A stretch of 64,000 nt of DNA from an uncultured Erysipelotrichales bacterium (GTDB lineage: Bacteria > Bacillota_I > Bacilli_A > Erysipelotrichales > CAZWEF01), in NCBI GenBank assembly GCA_964632125.1, contig CAZWEF010000002.1:13675-77674 (forward strand). The letters run 5' to 3'. Both the position numbers and the translations under genes were made by a program. The notes below the pieces were generated by a model. It was given only the letters and a program-made list of their open reading frames with translations, ran no database searches and was not told where the DNA came from. Positions 1-9,808 of this stretch are shown piece after piece (within the stretch, counting starts at the first letter, position 1; each line of letters begins with the position of its first letter).

Positions 1-547
1 GCCGATTACGCCATAAAAAATAATAGGGTAAAGGTTTTGTGTCAAATGGGTATTCACTGATTACTAACCCTTGTTTTTTAAGGGCTTGATATAAGTCTTG
101 ATTGCTTTTTGGGTAACAATAATCAATGCCACTACCCAATACTGCAACCACATCCATGCCACTTTCTTGAGCGTAACGTTGAGCCAGACTATCAATGCCT
201 ATCGCCAAACCACTGACAACCACCCACTTAGGGTTAAGCGAATGAACCAATACATCGCACATGTGTTTACCATGATCACTTGGGTGTCTTGTACCAATAA
301 TACCAATTGTTTCTTGACTAGCTAATTGGATATTGCCATAATAATACACTACAAAAGGTGGGTTTTTCAAGTCATAAAACACTTTTGGATAATTTTCTTG
401 TGTTATGACAACGTAATTACTTTGACATCTTTTTTTGAGTTTGTCAAATAAAATTGAATCAATTGCTTCATTATTTTTTAGTGCTTGCGATATTTGTTGA
501 TAATTACCGGCATATTTCAACGAATAAAACAAAATGTCTTCTTGCAT
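1..547 (-). CDS. dprA: DNA processing protein DprA/Smf, N-terminal ~182 aa; the 3' end runs off the left edge of the window
   Basis: Absent from the ORF track because it has no in-window stop. Hand translation of the minus strand from ATG at 547 (SD GGTGA upstream) gives MQEDILFYSLKYAG...IGIIGTRHPSDHGK...VVSGLAIGIDSLAQRYA...VAVLGSGIDYCYPKSNQDLY...GLVISEYPF, which are DprA core motifs. Plus-strand ORF 98-325 is its antisense shadow. Confidence 0.8.
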   Translation of the reverse strand, partial: MQEDILFYSLKYAGNYQQISQALKNNEAIDSILFDKLKKRCQSNYVVITQENYPKVFYDLKNPPFVVYYYGNIQLASQETIGIIGTRHPSDHGKHMCDVLVHSLNPKWVVVSGLAIGIDSLAQRYAQESGMDVVAVLGSGIDYCYPKSNQDLYQALKKQGLVISEYPFDTKPLPYYFLWRNR

Positions 548-601
548 CTTCTCACCCACTATTATTACGACATGTTTTCAATCTTTCCTTTAAAAAAAGA
601 A

Positions 602-1213
602 TCATTTAAGATTCTTAACATACGATTTAACTGGTTCAAATGAATGGCGATGAATCATTGTAATGCCATGATCCATAATTGCTTGACAATGTTGTTTTGT
701 GGGATAGCCTTTATGCTTTTCAAACCCATAAAGAGGATAAAGACAAGCATAATCCTGCATGATGCGATCTCTAGTCACTTTTGCAAGGATACTTGCTGCT
801 GCAATTGAAATGGATAATGTATCACCTTTAATAATGGCTGTATGAGCATCATAGTTAATTGGCATCGCATCTGTTAAAACGTGGTCGATTGTTAATGATA
901 AACCCAATTGTTCAACACAACGCTCCATGCCTTTTTTTGTCGCTTGATAAATATTATCTTGATCAATGACACTGGGTTCAATGATTTCAATGTGATAAGC
1001 AATCGCATCACTAATAATCACATCAAATAATTGTTCTCGCTTTTTAGCTGATAACTTTTTAGAATCATTAATAATAGGATGATGGTACCACTTTGGCAAA
1101 ACCACCGCGGCTACAACTAAAGGGCCTGCAATTGGTCCCCTTCCAGCTTCATCAATACCGATGATAAAAGCAGCGCCATTAGACCATAGTGGGCCTTCAA
1201 ATTCATGCATCAT
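602..1213 (-). CDS. rnhB: Ribonuclease HII
   Basis: The IIGIDEAGRGPIAGPLVVAAV catalytic motif and ~200 aa length fit RNase HII. It overlaps the rbgA stop, and rbgA-rnhB synteny matches Bacillus. Confidence 0.9.
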   Translation of the reverse strand: MMHEFEGPLWSNGAAFIIGIDEAGRGPIAGPLVVAAVVLPKWYHHPIINDSKKLSAKKREQLFDVIISDAIAYHIEIIEPSVIDQDNIYQATKKGMERCVEQLGLSLTIDHVLTDAMPINYDAHTAIIKGDTLSISIAAASILAKVTRDRIMQDYACLYPLYGFEKHKGYPTKQHCQAIMDHGITMIHRHSFEPVKSYVKNLK

Positions 1214-2075
1214 CTTGAATATCCCATGTCATGCGCCCCATACGGCCATCTTGTAAATCCTTTAAAACATAAGCTTCTACACGTTCCATATCTACCCCTA
1301 GATTAGATGTCATATTAAGTTTTATCGCAACTTTTTCAAGCCAAACTTCAATTGGTTTTTCATAAGCAACCATGTATCGCTCCATGACTTGTTCAGGTGC
1401 AATATCTGACATCAGTTTTATGCCAAAATCAATGACTTGAACACGATCAAAATGATGATCTTTAATCGCTGAAATGAGCGCTAGTTTAAGGGCTACTTCT
1501 TGATCTTCAAAACGTGGCCATAGAATACCTGGCGTATCAAGCAATTCAAAATCCTTGGTTATGCGAAGCCACTGTTGTGCTTTTGTAACACCTGGAATGT
1601 TACCAACATTTGCCACTCTTTTTTTTGACAGGGCATTAATTAAAGTTGATTTACCAACATTTGGTATACCCACAATCATTGCCCTTGTAGGTCGTGGTTT
1701 CATCCCTCGTTTGGCTTCTCTTTCTCGTTTTTCCTTTAATAAATCGTCTGTTGCTTGTTTGATTTTTTCATACACACGATCTTTTTTTAAATCCAGTGCA
1801 ATAACATGAACAAACTCACTAGATAAAACTTTAATCCATTTACTTGTTGCTTGTTTATTTGCTAAATCATCTTTGGTTAAAATAATTAGCTTTGGTTTTT
1901 GTTTGGTAATAACTTGAAGCATTGGATTTTGACTTGAGATAGGAATACGTGCATCCAAGCACTCAATCACAACATCCACAAGTTTTAACTTATCCTCAAT
2001 TTGGTTTCTTGCTTTGGCCATATGACCAGGAAACCACTGTATGGCAACTGATTGTTCATTTTTTGTTGCACTCAT
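1203..2075 (-). CDS. rbgA: Ribosome biogenesis GTPase A (YlqF/RbgA), circularly permuted GTPase
   Basis: IQWFPGHMAKA N-terminal motif. G4 (TKDDL) precedes G1 (GIPNVGKST) and DTPG, the permuted order typical of YlqF. Confidence 0.9.
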   Translation of the reverse strand: MSATKNEQSVAIQWFPGHMAKARNQIEDKLKLVDVVIECLDARIPISSQNPMLQVITKQKPKLIILTKDDLANKQATSKWIKVLSSEFVHVIALDLKKDRVYEKIKQATDDLLKEKREREAKRGMKPRPTRAMIVGIPNVGKSTLINALSKKRVANVGNIPGVTKAQQWLRITKDFELLDTPGILWPRFEDQEVALKLALISAIKDHHFDRVQVIDFGIKLMSDIAPEQVMERYMVAYEKPIEVWLEKVAIKLNMTSNLGVDMERVEAYVLKDLQDGRMGRMTWDIQDDA

Positions 2076-2395
2076 ACAACCATCCTCTCTACTAAAATAA
2101 TGTGTGTCAATTCATATTAAATAATGTAAGTTTTAGCAAAATAATCAATCAAGCAATTCGTTACTTCTTTGTTTTTTAAATATTCACCCGCTATATCTTG
2201 TTAGATTGTTTCAAGTTAGTTACAGCCATTTGCACCATCTGTATAAACAATGCCATACATGCTGCCATAACTTACTTAGATTTCATAGGGTGATGTTAAG
2301 AAGAAAACAAACTCACTTGTAAATACAAATCTTTTTCGTGTCATTGCCCTTCACTAAATGTATCTACAACATTTTTCCAAGCCATTTCTTTATCT

Positions 2396-3562
2396 TTATA
2401 AATACCCTCTATCAATAAAGACATCCACTTCATAAGGAAACTGATGTTGCTCAAAATAAGCTTTAATCATCTCTTTTAATTCTCGATTGCTTTGTTTATA
2501 TGCACACGACACATCTATATCAAATGTCACATATCGCTTTTCATGTCTGGTTACAATTCTAAAATCATGTAGTTTCATTGTTTGATCATAAGCTAGTAAT
2601 AATGTTGTAGCCAAGCTCAACATGTCGCTTGTTTCCTGATCATCAATTGCAAGTGGATCAATGTGAATGGTCATCATAACGTTGGCTTCTTTTAATGCTT
2701 TTTTTTCAATTTGATCAATTAAATCATGAATTTCAATTAACGTTTCATTGGCATTTACTTCTACATCAACACTCGCTAAAAAGCGATTAGGTCCATAGTT
2801 GTGAACCACAAGATCATGATAGCCAAGAATACGTTCATGGCTTAAAACAATGGCTTCTAGTTGTTCTATTAACGCGTCATCTGGTTTTTCGCCAATAATC
2901 ATTTGTGTCGCATTCATGGCAACTTCAAAACCTGATTTCAAAACAAAAAAAGAAACCACAAGGCCCATAAAACCATCAATTGGAAGTGAACTAAATGTTG
3001 ACACAATCAAAGAAATCAGTGTTGCACTCGTCACAATTACATCTGATAGACTATCCTTAGATATGGCAATAAACGCTGGCGCTTGGATTGTCTCTCCTAA
3101 GTTTTTTTGAAACAAACTAAGCCATATTTTAACTAAAATGGATGCTACAACAACCACAAGTGCAGGTATTGAAAAAATCAAAGGTTGTGGGTTCATGATT
3201 TTTTGAATCGATTCCATGAATAAGTTATAACCGATCATTAAGATAACAAAAGAAACACCAAGGGTTGCTACATATTCAAATCTTCCATGTCCATAAGGGT
3301 GATCCGCGTCAGCTGGTTTAGCCGATACTTTGGAAGAGAAAAAAGATATCACAGATGTCCCTGTATCAGATAGATTATTGAATGCATCCGCTCGTATTGA
3401 CATACTCCCTGTTATCATACCAATCCAAAACTTAAATCCAAATAATGAGATATTGGTGATGATTCCGACAACACTACCAAAACTACCATAATTTAATCGG
3501 TCTTTGCTTTTTGTTGTCTTGGGTATTTTCTTTAAACATATAAGTTTCAATTCGTTTTTCAT
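2396..3562 (-). CDS. Cation diffusion facilitator (CDF) family metal efflux transporter
   Basis: Six predicted TM helices, the ADAFNNLSD motif (CDF signature ADAxHxLSD-like), a second DSLSD motif, and a cytoplasmic C-terminal domain. Confidence 0.8.
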   Translation of the reverse strand: MKNELKLICLKKIPKTTKSKDRLNYGSFGSVVGIITNISLFGFKFWIGMITGSMSIRADAFNNLSDTGTSVISFFSSKVSAKPADADHPYGHGRFEYVATLGVSFVILMIGYNLFMESIQKIMNPQPLIFSIPALVVVVASILVKIWLSLFQKNLGETIQAPAFIAISKDSLSDVIVTSATLISLIVSTFSSLPIDGFMGLVVSFFVLKSGFEVAMNATQMIIGEKPDDALIEQLEAIVLSHERILGYHDLVVHNYGPNRFLASVDVEVNANETLIEIHDLIDQIEKKALKEANVMMTIHIDPLAIDDQETSDMLSLATTLLLAYDQTMKLHDFRIVTRHEKRYVTFDIDVSCAYKQSNRELKEMIKAYFEQHQFPYEVDVFIDRGYL

Positions 3563-3593
3563 GCGTCACCTCTTTTTAATTATACCATATTGG

Positions 3594-4484
3594 CTACTTA
3601 TTGCCTAGTTCAATCATTTCAATAAAGCGTTTAACAGCATTGGTCATAGAAAAGTTTTTTAGGTAAACAAGACCAATACTTCGAGGTTTAATGCGTGGTG
3701 TTAATGGAATTTCAAATAGTTGTTTTTCATCAATACTAGCTTGTGCAAATTCCTTAATAACAAAAGATAATCCTAGGTTAATGCGAGCAAATTCACATAG
3801 TAAGTCTAGACTACCTAGTTCGATGCGTGGATATAATTGGATTTGATTGGCATTAGCGTATTGATCAATGTATTTGCGAGTATGACTGAGTCCCTCAAGC
3901 ATTAAAAATGGATACTGATTAAGTTCTTGAATGGTAACGCCTGTTTTACTTAAGTATTCAAAATCAGTGCCACCAACTAAAATATCATGGACAGCTAAAC
4001 ATTCTACTACTTCAATGGATTCATCTTCAAAAGGTAAGTTGATAAAACCGATATCGACAACCCCTTCTTTAAGTAGACGAATGGTTTCATTTGATGTTCG
4101 ATTGGTGACTTTAATGTTAATGTCTTTGTATTGTTTGTTGAATCGCTCTAAATAAGGAAGTAAGTAAGCACTGCTGAGTGTGTCACTTGCACCGATTGTA
4201 ATTTCACCAATTTCTAAATCTAGGATACGATCAATCTCTAGTTGTGCTTGATCAATAAGTTCAAATGCTTGTGTTAAATACTTATACAAAACAGCCCCTT
4301 GTTGACTTGGCATAACACCTTTAGAATTACGAATTAAGAGTTGATAACCAAGTGCTTGTTCTAATTTAGAAATGGACATTGAAATAGCGGGTTGTGATAT
4401 ATAAAGCTCTTTTGCTGCTTTTGACATACTCCCACATTTTAAAACAGCATAAAATGTATAGTAAGATGAAAACATGGCATCCAT
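3594..4484 (-). CDS. LysR-family transcriptional regulator
   Basis: N-terminal HTH FYAVLKCGSMSKAAKELYISQPAISMSISKLEQ plus a LysR substrate-binding domain. Start moved to ATG 4484 (MDAMFSS...), which has GGAGG 7 nt upstream; the track's longer N-terminus lacks an SD. Confidence 0.85.
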   Translation of the reverse strand: MDAMFSSYYTFYAVLKCGSMSKAAKELYISQPAISMSISKLEQALGYQLLIRNSKGVMPSQQGAVLYKYLTQAFELIDQAQLEIDRILDLEIGEITIGASDTLSSAYLLPYLERFNKQYKDINIKVTNRTSNETIRLLKEGVVDIGFINLPFEDESIEVVECLAVHDILVGGTDFEYLSKTGVTIQELNQYPFLMLEGLSHTRKYIDQYANANQIQLYPRIELGSLDLLCEFARINLGLSFVIKEFAQASIDEKQLFEIPLTPRIKPRSIGLVYLKNFSMTNAVKRFIEMIELGNK

Positions 4485-4515
4485 AATAAAACCTCCATAA
4501 TGTAATTTTATAACT

Positions 4516-4545
4516 AATATAAGTATAATCAATTTTACTTATATT
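4516..4545. promoter_or_regulatory. Perfect 10-bp inverted repeat (AATATAAGTA-N10-TACTTATATT) in the divergent LysR / CofE-like intergenic region; candidate LysR operator
   Basis: Arms at 4516-4525 and 4536-4545 are exact reverse complements. A TATAAT hexamer (4524-4529) sits inside the dyad. Its location between divergent genes is typical of LysR autoregulatory sites. Confidence 0.35.
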
Positions 4546-4589
4546 ATCAATTGTTTTATAATGATTTACGTAAACAAAGGAGGATGTAC

Positions 4590-5759
4590 ATGATTAAAAC
4601 TGTTGGTACCACTGCTAGAGGCATTGTCTTACCTATTATTGAGCCTCAAGATGATTTAGCAAGCATCGTCGTAGAACATGTCTTAAAGGCATCACAAGAA
4701 CATCAATATGACATTAAGGATCGTGATGTCATTGGGATTACTGAAGCCATTGTCGCAAAAGCTCAGTCTAATTTCGCTACGATTGATGACATTGCATTTG
4801 ATGTTCAATCAAAGTTTGGTGATGAACATGTTGGATTGGTGTTTCCAATTACGTCTCGTAATCGCTTTTTAAACATTTTAAAAGGCATTGCAAAAGGCAC
4901 TAAAAAGCTTTCTATTTTAATGACCTATCCACAAGATGAGGTGGGCAATCCACTTGTTGATTTAGATCGTTTTTATGAAAATGAAAGTGACCAAACGTTT
5001 TTTACAGAAGCAGAGTTCACAGCACAATTTGGTCCGATTAATCACCCTTTTACTGGTGTTAATTATGTTGAACTATACAAATCAGTTGCTCCCACGATTG
5101 ATGTGTATTTTTCGAATCATCCAAAGGATATTTTAAAGATTACGCCATATGTAATCAATGCTGATATTCATGAGCGTAAACGTACTAAAAAACGTCTATT
5201 GCATGCCGGTGCTAAAAAAGTGTATTCACTTGATGATATTTTAAATAAACCTGTTAATAAGAGTGGTTACAATGAACAATATGGGTTACTTGGTTCTAAC
5301 TTGTCATCAGACAATCAGTTAAAATTATTCCCTCGTGATGCATTCTCTTTTGTTGAGAAAGTACAACGTTTGTTTTTTGAGCAAACAGGTAAAACAGTAG
5401 AGGTACTTGTTTATGGAGATGGTGGTTTCAAAGATCCAGTATGTGGCATTTGGGAACTTGCAGATCCTGTTGTGAGTCCTGGTTTTACATCTGGTTTAAG
5501 TGGACAACCAAGTGAAATTAAGTTTAAGTTTGTTGCTGATCAACACTTAAGTCATCTTTCTGGTGATGAAAAACAGGCTGCAATGCTTGAAATGATTCAA
5601 AACAAAGAAACCAATGAGAGAAGTTTTGATGAAGGAACAACACCTAGAAGATACCAAGATTTAATTGGTTCACTTTGTGATTTAATGAGTGGTAGTGGTG
5701 ATAAAGGAACACCTGTCATTCACATCCAAGACTATTTCAAAGACTATTCAACAAAATAA
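4590..5759 (+). CDS. CofE-like protein (coenzyme F420-0:L-glutamate ligase fold), ~389 aa, function unknown
   Basis: MIKTVGTTARGIVLPIIEP...DRDVIGITEAIVAKAQSN resembles the CofE N-terminal and xxSKxVSKAEG-type motifs. Start set at ATG 4590 (AAGGAGG 6 nt upstream). Confidence 0.6.
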   Translation: MIKTVGTTARGIVLPIIEPQDDLASIVVEHVLKASQEHQYDIKDRDVIGITEAIVAKAQSNFATIDDIAFDVQSKFGDEHVGLVFPITSRNRFLNILKGIAKGTKKLSILMTYPQDEVGNPLVDLDRFYENESDQTFFTEAEFTAQFGPINHPFTGVNYVELYKSVAPTIDVYFSNHPKDILKITPYVINADIHERKRTKKRLLHAGAKKVYSLDDILNKPVNKSGYNEQYGLLGSNLSSDNQLKLFPRDAFSFVEKVQRLFFEQTGKTVEVLVYGDGGFKDPVCGIWELADPVVSPGFTSGLSGQPSEIKFKFVADQHLSHLSGDEKQAAMLEMIQNKETNERSFDEGTTPRRYQDLIGSLCDLMSGSGDKGTPVIHIQDYFKDYSTK

Positions 5760-5766
5760 AAAAACA

Positions 5767-5796
5767 CCAGTTGTCACTCCCACGGCAACTGGTTTT
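5767..5796 (+). terminator. Rho-independent terminator after the CofE-like gene
   Basis: CCAGTTG (5767-5773), a 12-nt loop, CAACTGG (5786-5792), then TTTT. Confidence 0.6.
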
Positions 5797-5823
5797 ATGT
5801 TATAATGGGGACGGAGGTTTGAG

Positions 5824-7152
5824 ATGAAATTAAAAACGAAACTTGCTTTGTTTGGCTCTAAATCAACCAAACAAATGCTTAAACTATTTGGCCGTTCTGG
5901 GACAACGTTACCTGGTCGTGTTGCTTTAATGATTGATCCTCATCTTTTGACGCATCTTTCGAGCAATGTAACAACGATTTGTATTACTGGAACAAATGGT
6001 AAATCAACCACAACTTCAATGATTACAAAGATACTTAAGGATGCTTCGCATACTGTTTTTTCTAATGAATCGGGTGCAAACATGATTCAAGGCATTACCA
6101 GTACATTTATTGAGAACTATAGTCAAAAACATCAATACGCCATCATTGAAGTAGATGAAGCTTCTTTTAAACATGTAACGGCAGCATTTGAACCTAATTA
6201 TTTATTGATTACCAATCTATTTCGTGATCAATTAGATCGCTATGGTGAAGTAACTAAGACCCTTTCATTGATTCTTGAAGGTGTTTTACAAGCACCAAAC
6301 ATGACATTGGTTTTAAATGGTGATGATCCGATTTTCAATCACCTTGATGTACCCAATAAGATTCATTATTTTGGTGTTGAGTCAAATCGTTATGGTGTTA
6401 CAAAAGAAACAAATATTGACTCCTCGTTTTGTAAACTTTGTCATCAACCACTTCATTATCATCATTTAAATTATGCTCAATTAGGAGATTACTACTGCTC
6501 TTGTGGTAATAAAAGACCTGCTTTGTATCAAAGTGTTGAAACAATTGAAAAGATGACAAGCCAATCTTCTATCTTTAGTGTCAATCAACACATGTTTGAA
6601 ATTGAAGTGACTGGTATGTACAACATCTACAATGCGATTGCATCCATTACAATGTCGCATTTACTTGGTGTTAAGCTTGATGATATGGCCTTATCCTTAA
6701 AGTCATTTAATGCTAAGTTTGGCCGCCAACAGCGTTTAACAATCGGAAATAAAACCATTACTTTTTATTTAATCAAGAATCCTGCTGGATTTAACCAATC
6801 AATTGCAAATGCTAATCTAGACGACCAAATACATGACAGTATTTTTATGATCAACGATCAATATGCTGATGGTATTGATGTATCATGGCTATTTGATGTT
6901 CAATTAGAACACTTAAAGCATCTATCCAGTGGTCACATCATTACCTCTGGTTTGAGAGCTTATGATATGGCAATTCGCTTAAAGATTGATGATTTCCATG
7001 TCACTCAGGTTATTCAAGATGATGAAGCATTACTTGAAGCAATCAATTTGATGCCACATGATTGTATCGACTTGTATTGGACATACACCGCAATGACAAG
7101 CTTTAGACGTTTTTTAGTACAAAAGAAACTTATTTTGGATGAGTGGAGGTAA
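5824..7152 (+). CDS. murT: Lipid II isoglutaminyl synthase, Mur-ligase-like subunit MurT
   Basis: Mur ligase P-loop ITGTNGKSTTT. Cys-rich ribbon CKLCHQPLHYHH...YYCSCG typical of MurT. Followed directly by gatD. Confidence 0.85.
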   Translation: MKLKTKLALFGSKSTKQMLKLFGRSGTTLPGRVALMIDPHLLTHLSSNVTTICITGTNGKSTTTSMITKILKDASHTVFSNESGANMIQGITSTFIENYSQKHQYAIIEVDEASFKHVTAAFEPNYLLITNLFRDQLDRYGEVTKTLSLILEGVLQAPNMTLVLNGDDPIFNHLDVPNKIHYFGVESNRYGVTKETNIDSSFCKLCHQPLHYHHLNYAQLGDYYCSCGNKRPALYQSVETIEKMTSQSSIFSVNQHMFEIEVTGMYNIYNAIASITMSHLLGVKLDDMALSLKSFNAKFGRQQRLTIGNKTITFYLIKNPAGFNQSIANANLDDQIHDSIFMINDQYADGIDVSWLFDVQLEHLKHLSSGHIITSGLRAYDMAIRLKIDDFHVTQVIQDDEALLEAINLMPHDCIDLYWTYTAMTSFRRFLVQKKLILDEWR

Positions 7153-7154
7153 TT

Positions 7155-7877
7155 ATGAAATTAACAATTTGTCATCTCTATCCTGATTTATTAAATTCTT
7201 ATGGCGATGTAGGAAACATTAAAGTGCTTGTCTATCGTGCGAAACAACGTGGTATTGATGTTGAAGTCAAACATGTTAGCTTAAATGATACATTTGATGA
7301 AAAGCTTTATGATATCGTATTATTTGGTGGTGGACAAGATTTTGAACAAACCATTGTGGCAACTGATTTAGTTGGTGATAAACAAGTTGCATTGGGGCAC
7401 TATATTGAAGCTGGAAAAGTATTGATTGCCATATGCGGGGGATTTCAACTACTTGGTCAATTCTATTTGAATCAAGATGGCGTTAGAGTTCCTGGTCTTA
7501 ATCTTTTGCCAATCGAAACAGTTGCTGCTAAAACTCGTGGTATTGGTGACTTAGCAATAGAAAGTCCGTTTGGTTTGCTTGTTGGATTTGAAAATCATGC
7601 TGGTGAAACAATCATCAATGATTTACAACCACTTGGTAAAGTCATCCATGGTTATGGAAATGGTGGAACTGGTTATGATGGTTTTATTTATAAAAACACT
7701 TACGGTACTTACATGCATGGTCCTTTACTTGCAAAAAATCCTGAATTTGCTGATCATCTTCTTAAAGTTGCATGTGAAAACCGTGGTATCAATGTACATA
7801 TGACACAACTTGATGACTCATTTGAAGTACAAGCCAAGCAACAAGTTCTAAGTCGCATTGATAAACCAAGAAAATAA
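7155..7877 (+). CDS. gatD: Lipid II isoglutaminyl synthase, glutamine amidotransferase subunit GatD
   Basis: CobB/CobQ-type GATase with the nucleophile motif LIAICGGFQLLG and YMHGPLL histidine. Start at ATG 7155 with GGAGG 5 nt upstream, just downstream of the murT stop (7150-7152). Confidence 0.85.
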   Translation: MKLTICHLYPDLLNSYGDVGNIKVLVYRAKQRGIDVEVKHVSLNDTFDEKLYDIVLFGGGQDFEQTIVATDLVGDKQVALGHYIEAGKVLIAICGGFQLLGQFYLNQDGVRVPGLNLLPIETVAAKTRGIGDLAIESPFGLLVGFENHAGETIINDLQPLGKVIHGYGNGGTGYDGFIYKNTYGTYMHGPLLAKNPEFADHLLKVACENRGINVHMTQLDDSFEVQAKQQVLSRIDKPRK

Positions 7878-7890
7878 GTTATTTAGTCTT

Positions 7891-7927
7891 GCACCTGTCA
7901 TTTTATAGGAATGATTGGTGCTTTTTT
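7891..7927 (+). terminator. Probable terminator after gatD
   Basis: GCACCTGTCATT / AATGATTGGTGC imperfect 12-bp stem (2-nt internal mismatch) followed by TTTTTT. Confidence 0.45.
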
Positions 7928-8010
7928 ATCAACTAGTCCATTGAACACAATAAAAAAAAGATTAATTTCGACAATTAGAAATTAATCCCTAACAAACAAC
8001 TCAAGACAAT

Positions 8011-9039
8011 TTATGCATCTTTTTGTTTTTCTTCTTTTGAATCATCATCAGAATCTTGTTTATCTTCTTCTTTTAAATCTTCTTCAGCATCTTGTTTTTC
8101 TACAACTTCCGCTTCAACTTTTTCCTTTACTTCTTTTTTTCTTTGAGCTTCAAGCTCTTTTTCCAATTCTTTTTGTTTAATGCGTTCTTTTTCTTCTTCA
8201 ATTGCTTGAAGATCAAGTTCTTGTTGACGTTGTTCAAGTGCTTTGACTAAATCAGCAACAGTTGCATAACGTGTTTTAGCACCAAACTTCAAATAATCCA
8301 TCAATTCGTCAGTTTGATAAGCAACTGGGATGTCATTCAATAATGCTCTACATTTAGCACTTTTAAGTAACAATTCATCTCGTTCTGATTCAATCAGTTG
8401 ATTAAGCAATGATAATTTTGATTCCCATGCTTTTAGTTGATTTGGATAGTCAACAAGTAATTGATGATAGTGTTCAACACACATGTCATAACGAGCTTGT
8501 CTCACTTTAGTTGATTGAAGTAAATAAATATATTTAAATACACCAAGACCAATCAAGACTAGCAAAGTCAAAATCATCAAGTTTAAGCCTGCTCTTAAAA
8601 AAGTCAAAAACAAAGCCATCGTTAAATTATTTGCAGTCATTTGAGCAAATCCAATGATTGGTAAACTCATTAATGAACCAATCAAAATTGATGGAATCCA
8701 TAAATAACAAATAGTTGCTAACACTGCAAATACAATGATACGCATCAAAAAGCTTTTAAATAATTGGGCTGTCATAACTGGCAATGAAAAGACGATTTTA
8801 ATGACTGTAAACAACCATTGAAACCATTCATAAGGTGCACCAAAATCGTGTAGTGATGGTCTTAAAGGTGAACTTGGACGCATTGGTTCAACAGGTTTTC
8901 TTAAATAATGGAACTCCCGATGAATCTTAGCTTTTAAAACCTCTAATGACATTTGATAATGGTGTCCATAAGTTTGTTGCAATGATTTGAGTTCTTCATA
9001 GGCTAATACATAGTCTAATGAATTTATTTTTTTTGCCAT
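8011..9039 (-). CDS. Hypothetical membrane protein with a cytoplasmic coiled coil and a highly acidic/lysine-rich tail
   Basis: 342-aa ORF with SD AAAGGAGAGG upstream. It has a soluble N-terminal ~75 aa, about 4 hydrophobic helices (aa ~75-175), a helical region, and the tail EEEKERIKQKELEKELEAQRKKEVKEK...DSDDDSKEEKQKDA. No family recognised. Confidence 0.6.
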   Translation of the reverse strand: MAKKINSLDYVLAYEELKSLQQTYGHHYQMSLEVLKAKIHREFHYLRKPVEPMRPSSPLRPSLHDFGAPYEWFQWLFTVIKIVFSLPVMTAQLFKSFLMRIIVFAVLATICYLWIPSILIGSLMSLPIIGFAQMTANNLTMALFLTFLRAGLNLMILTLLVLIGLGVFKYIYLLQSTKVRQARYDMCVEHYHQLLVDYPNQLKAWESKLSLLNQLIESERDELLLKSAKCRALLNDIPVAYQTDELMDYLKFGAKTRYATVADLVKALEQRQQELDLQAIEEEKERIKQKELEKELEAQRKKEVKEKVEAEVVEKQDAEEDLKEEDKQDSDDDSKEEKQKDA

Positions 9040-9121
9040 AATACCTCTCCTTTGTGATTATTATAGCATATGTAACATAAAATGAAAATAATTACTTACG
9101 CGGCAAGAAAAAAAAGATACA

Positions 9122-9808
9122 TTATGACTTATTCCCTTCATATCGAATGGTTTTAACTGCAGCCAATGCATCTTCAATTTTTTGTTTTTTAACGTCATCC
9201 GTAATAGCTTTTAGAATGCGTTCTTGCGATTTAATCCAATCTTTAAAAAACTCTCCGACAATAAAGTCAGTGCTATAAAGTAATATGGGACCAAACATCA
9301 ACTCTAAATCATTATAAACCAATTGACAGTTTGTTGCCTGGGCTTGAATAATTGGGTAAAATTTACCTCGTTCAAACACAATCGTTTCATGAATGATTTG
9401 ATAATTCATTTGTTTTAATAAGCGTCTTACAGTCGCAGCACCAACATTAGGTTGTATAATCAACATAGGTTTATGTCTCATTAAATAATCCATTGCATCT
9501 TCCAGAATGGTTTTAATAAGTGCACCACCCATTCCAGAAATGGTGACAACATCAACATATTTTCCTTCAATTGGCATTAGCCCTGAGCCAAGTAGACAAT
9601 CAATGTTTAAAATTTGGTAGTCTGAAATATGTTTCATAGCACTCTTTAAAGGTTCTAGATTAACATCACATGCATAAGCATGCACAATCAAACCACGCTC
9701 AATGAGATAAATTGGTAAATAACCATGATCCGTACCGATATCTGCTAAGATAGTTCCAGTAGGAACCAATTCAGCTATTTTAGATAAACGTTTCGATAAT
9801 TTTATCAT
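9122..9808 (-). CDS. trmK: tRNA (adenine22-N1)-methyltransferase TrmK (YqfN)
   Basis: [18 protein letters not shown]-binding motif. Position immediately downstream of sigA, as in Bacillus. Confidence 0.8.
   Translation of the reverse strand: MIKLSKRLSKIAELVPTGTILADIGTDHGYLPIYLIERGLIVHAYACDVNLEPLKSAMKHISDYQILNIDCLLGSGLMPIEGKYVDVVTISGMGGALIKTILEDAMDYLMRHKPMLIIQPNVGAATVRRLLKQMNYQIIHETIVFERGKFYPIIQAQATNCQLVYNDLELMFGPILLYSTDFIVGEFFKDWIKSQERILKAITDDVKKQKIEDALAAVKTIRYEGNKS

Noticed and set aside
2219-2270. A minus-strand peptide fragment ...MYGIVYTDGANGCN* in the 2076-2395 gap, reminiscent of the RNase HI YTDG(A/S) motif (possible gene remnant).
   Set aside because: There are only about 14 in-frame codons bounded by stops. 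A 4-residue resemblance is not evidence of homology.
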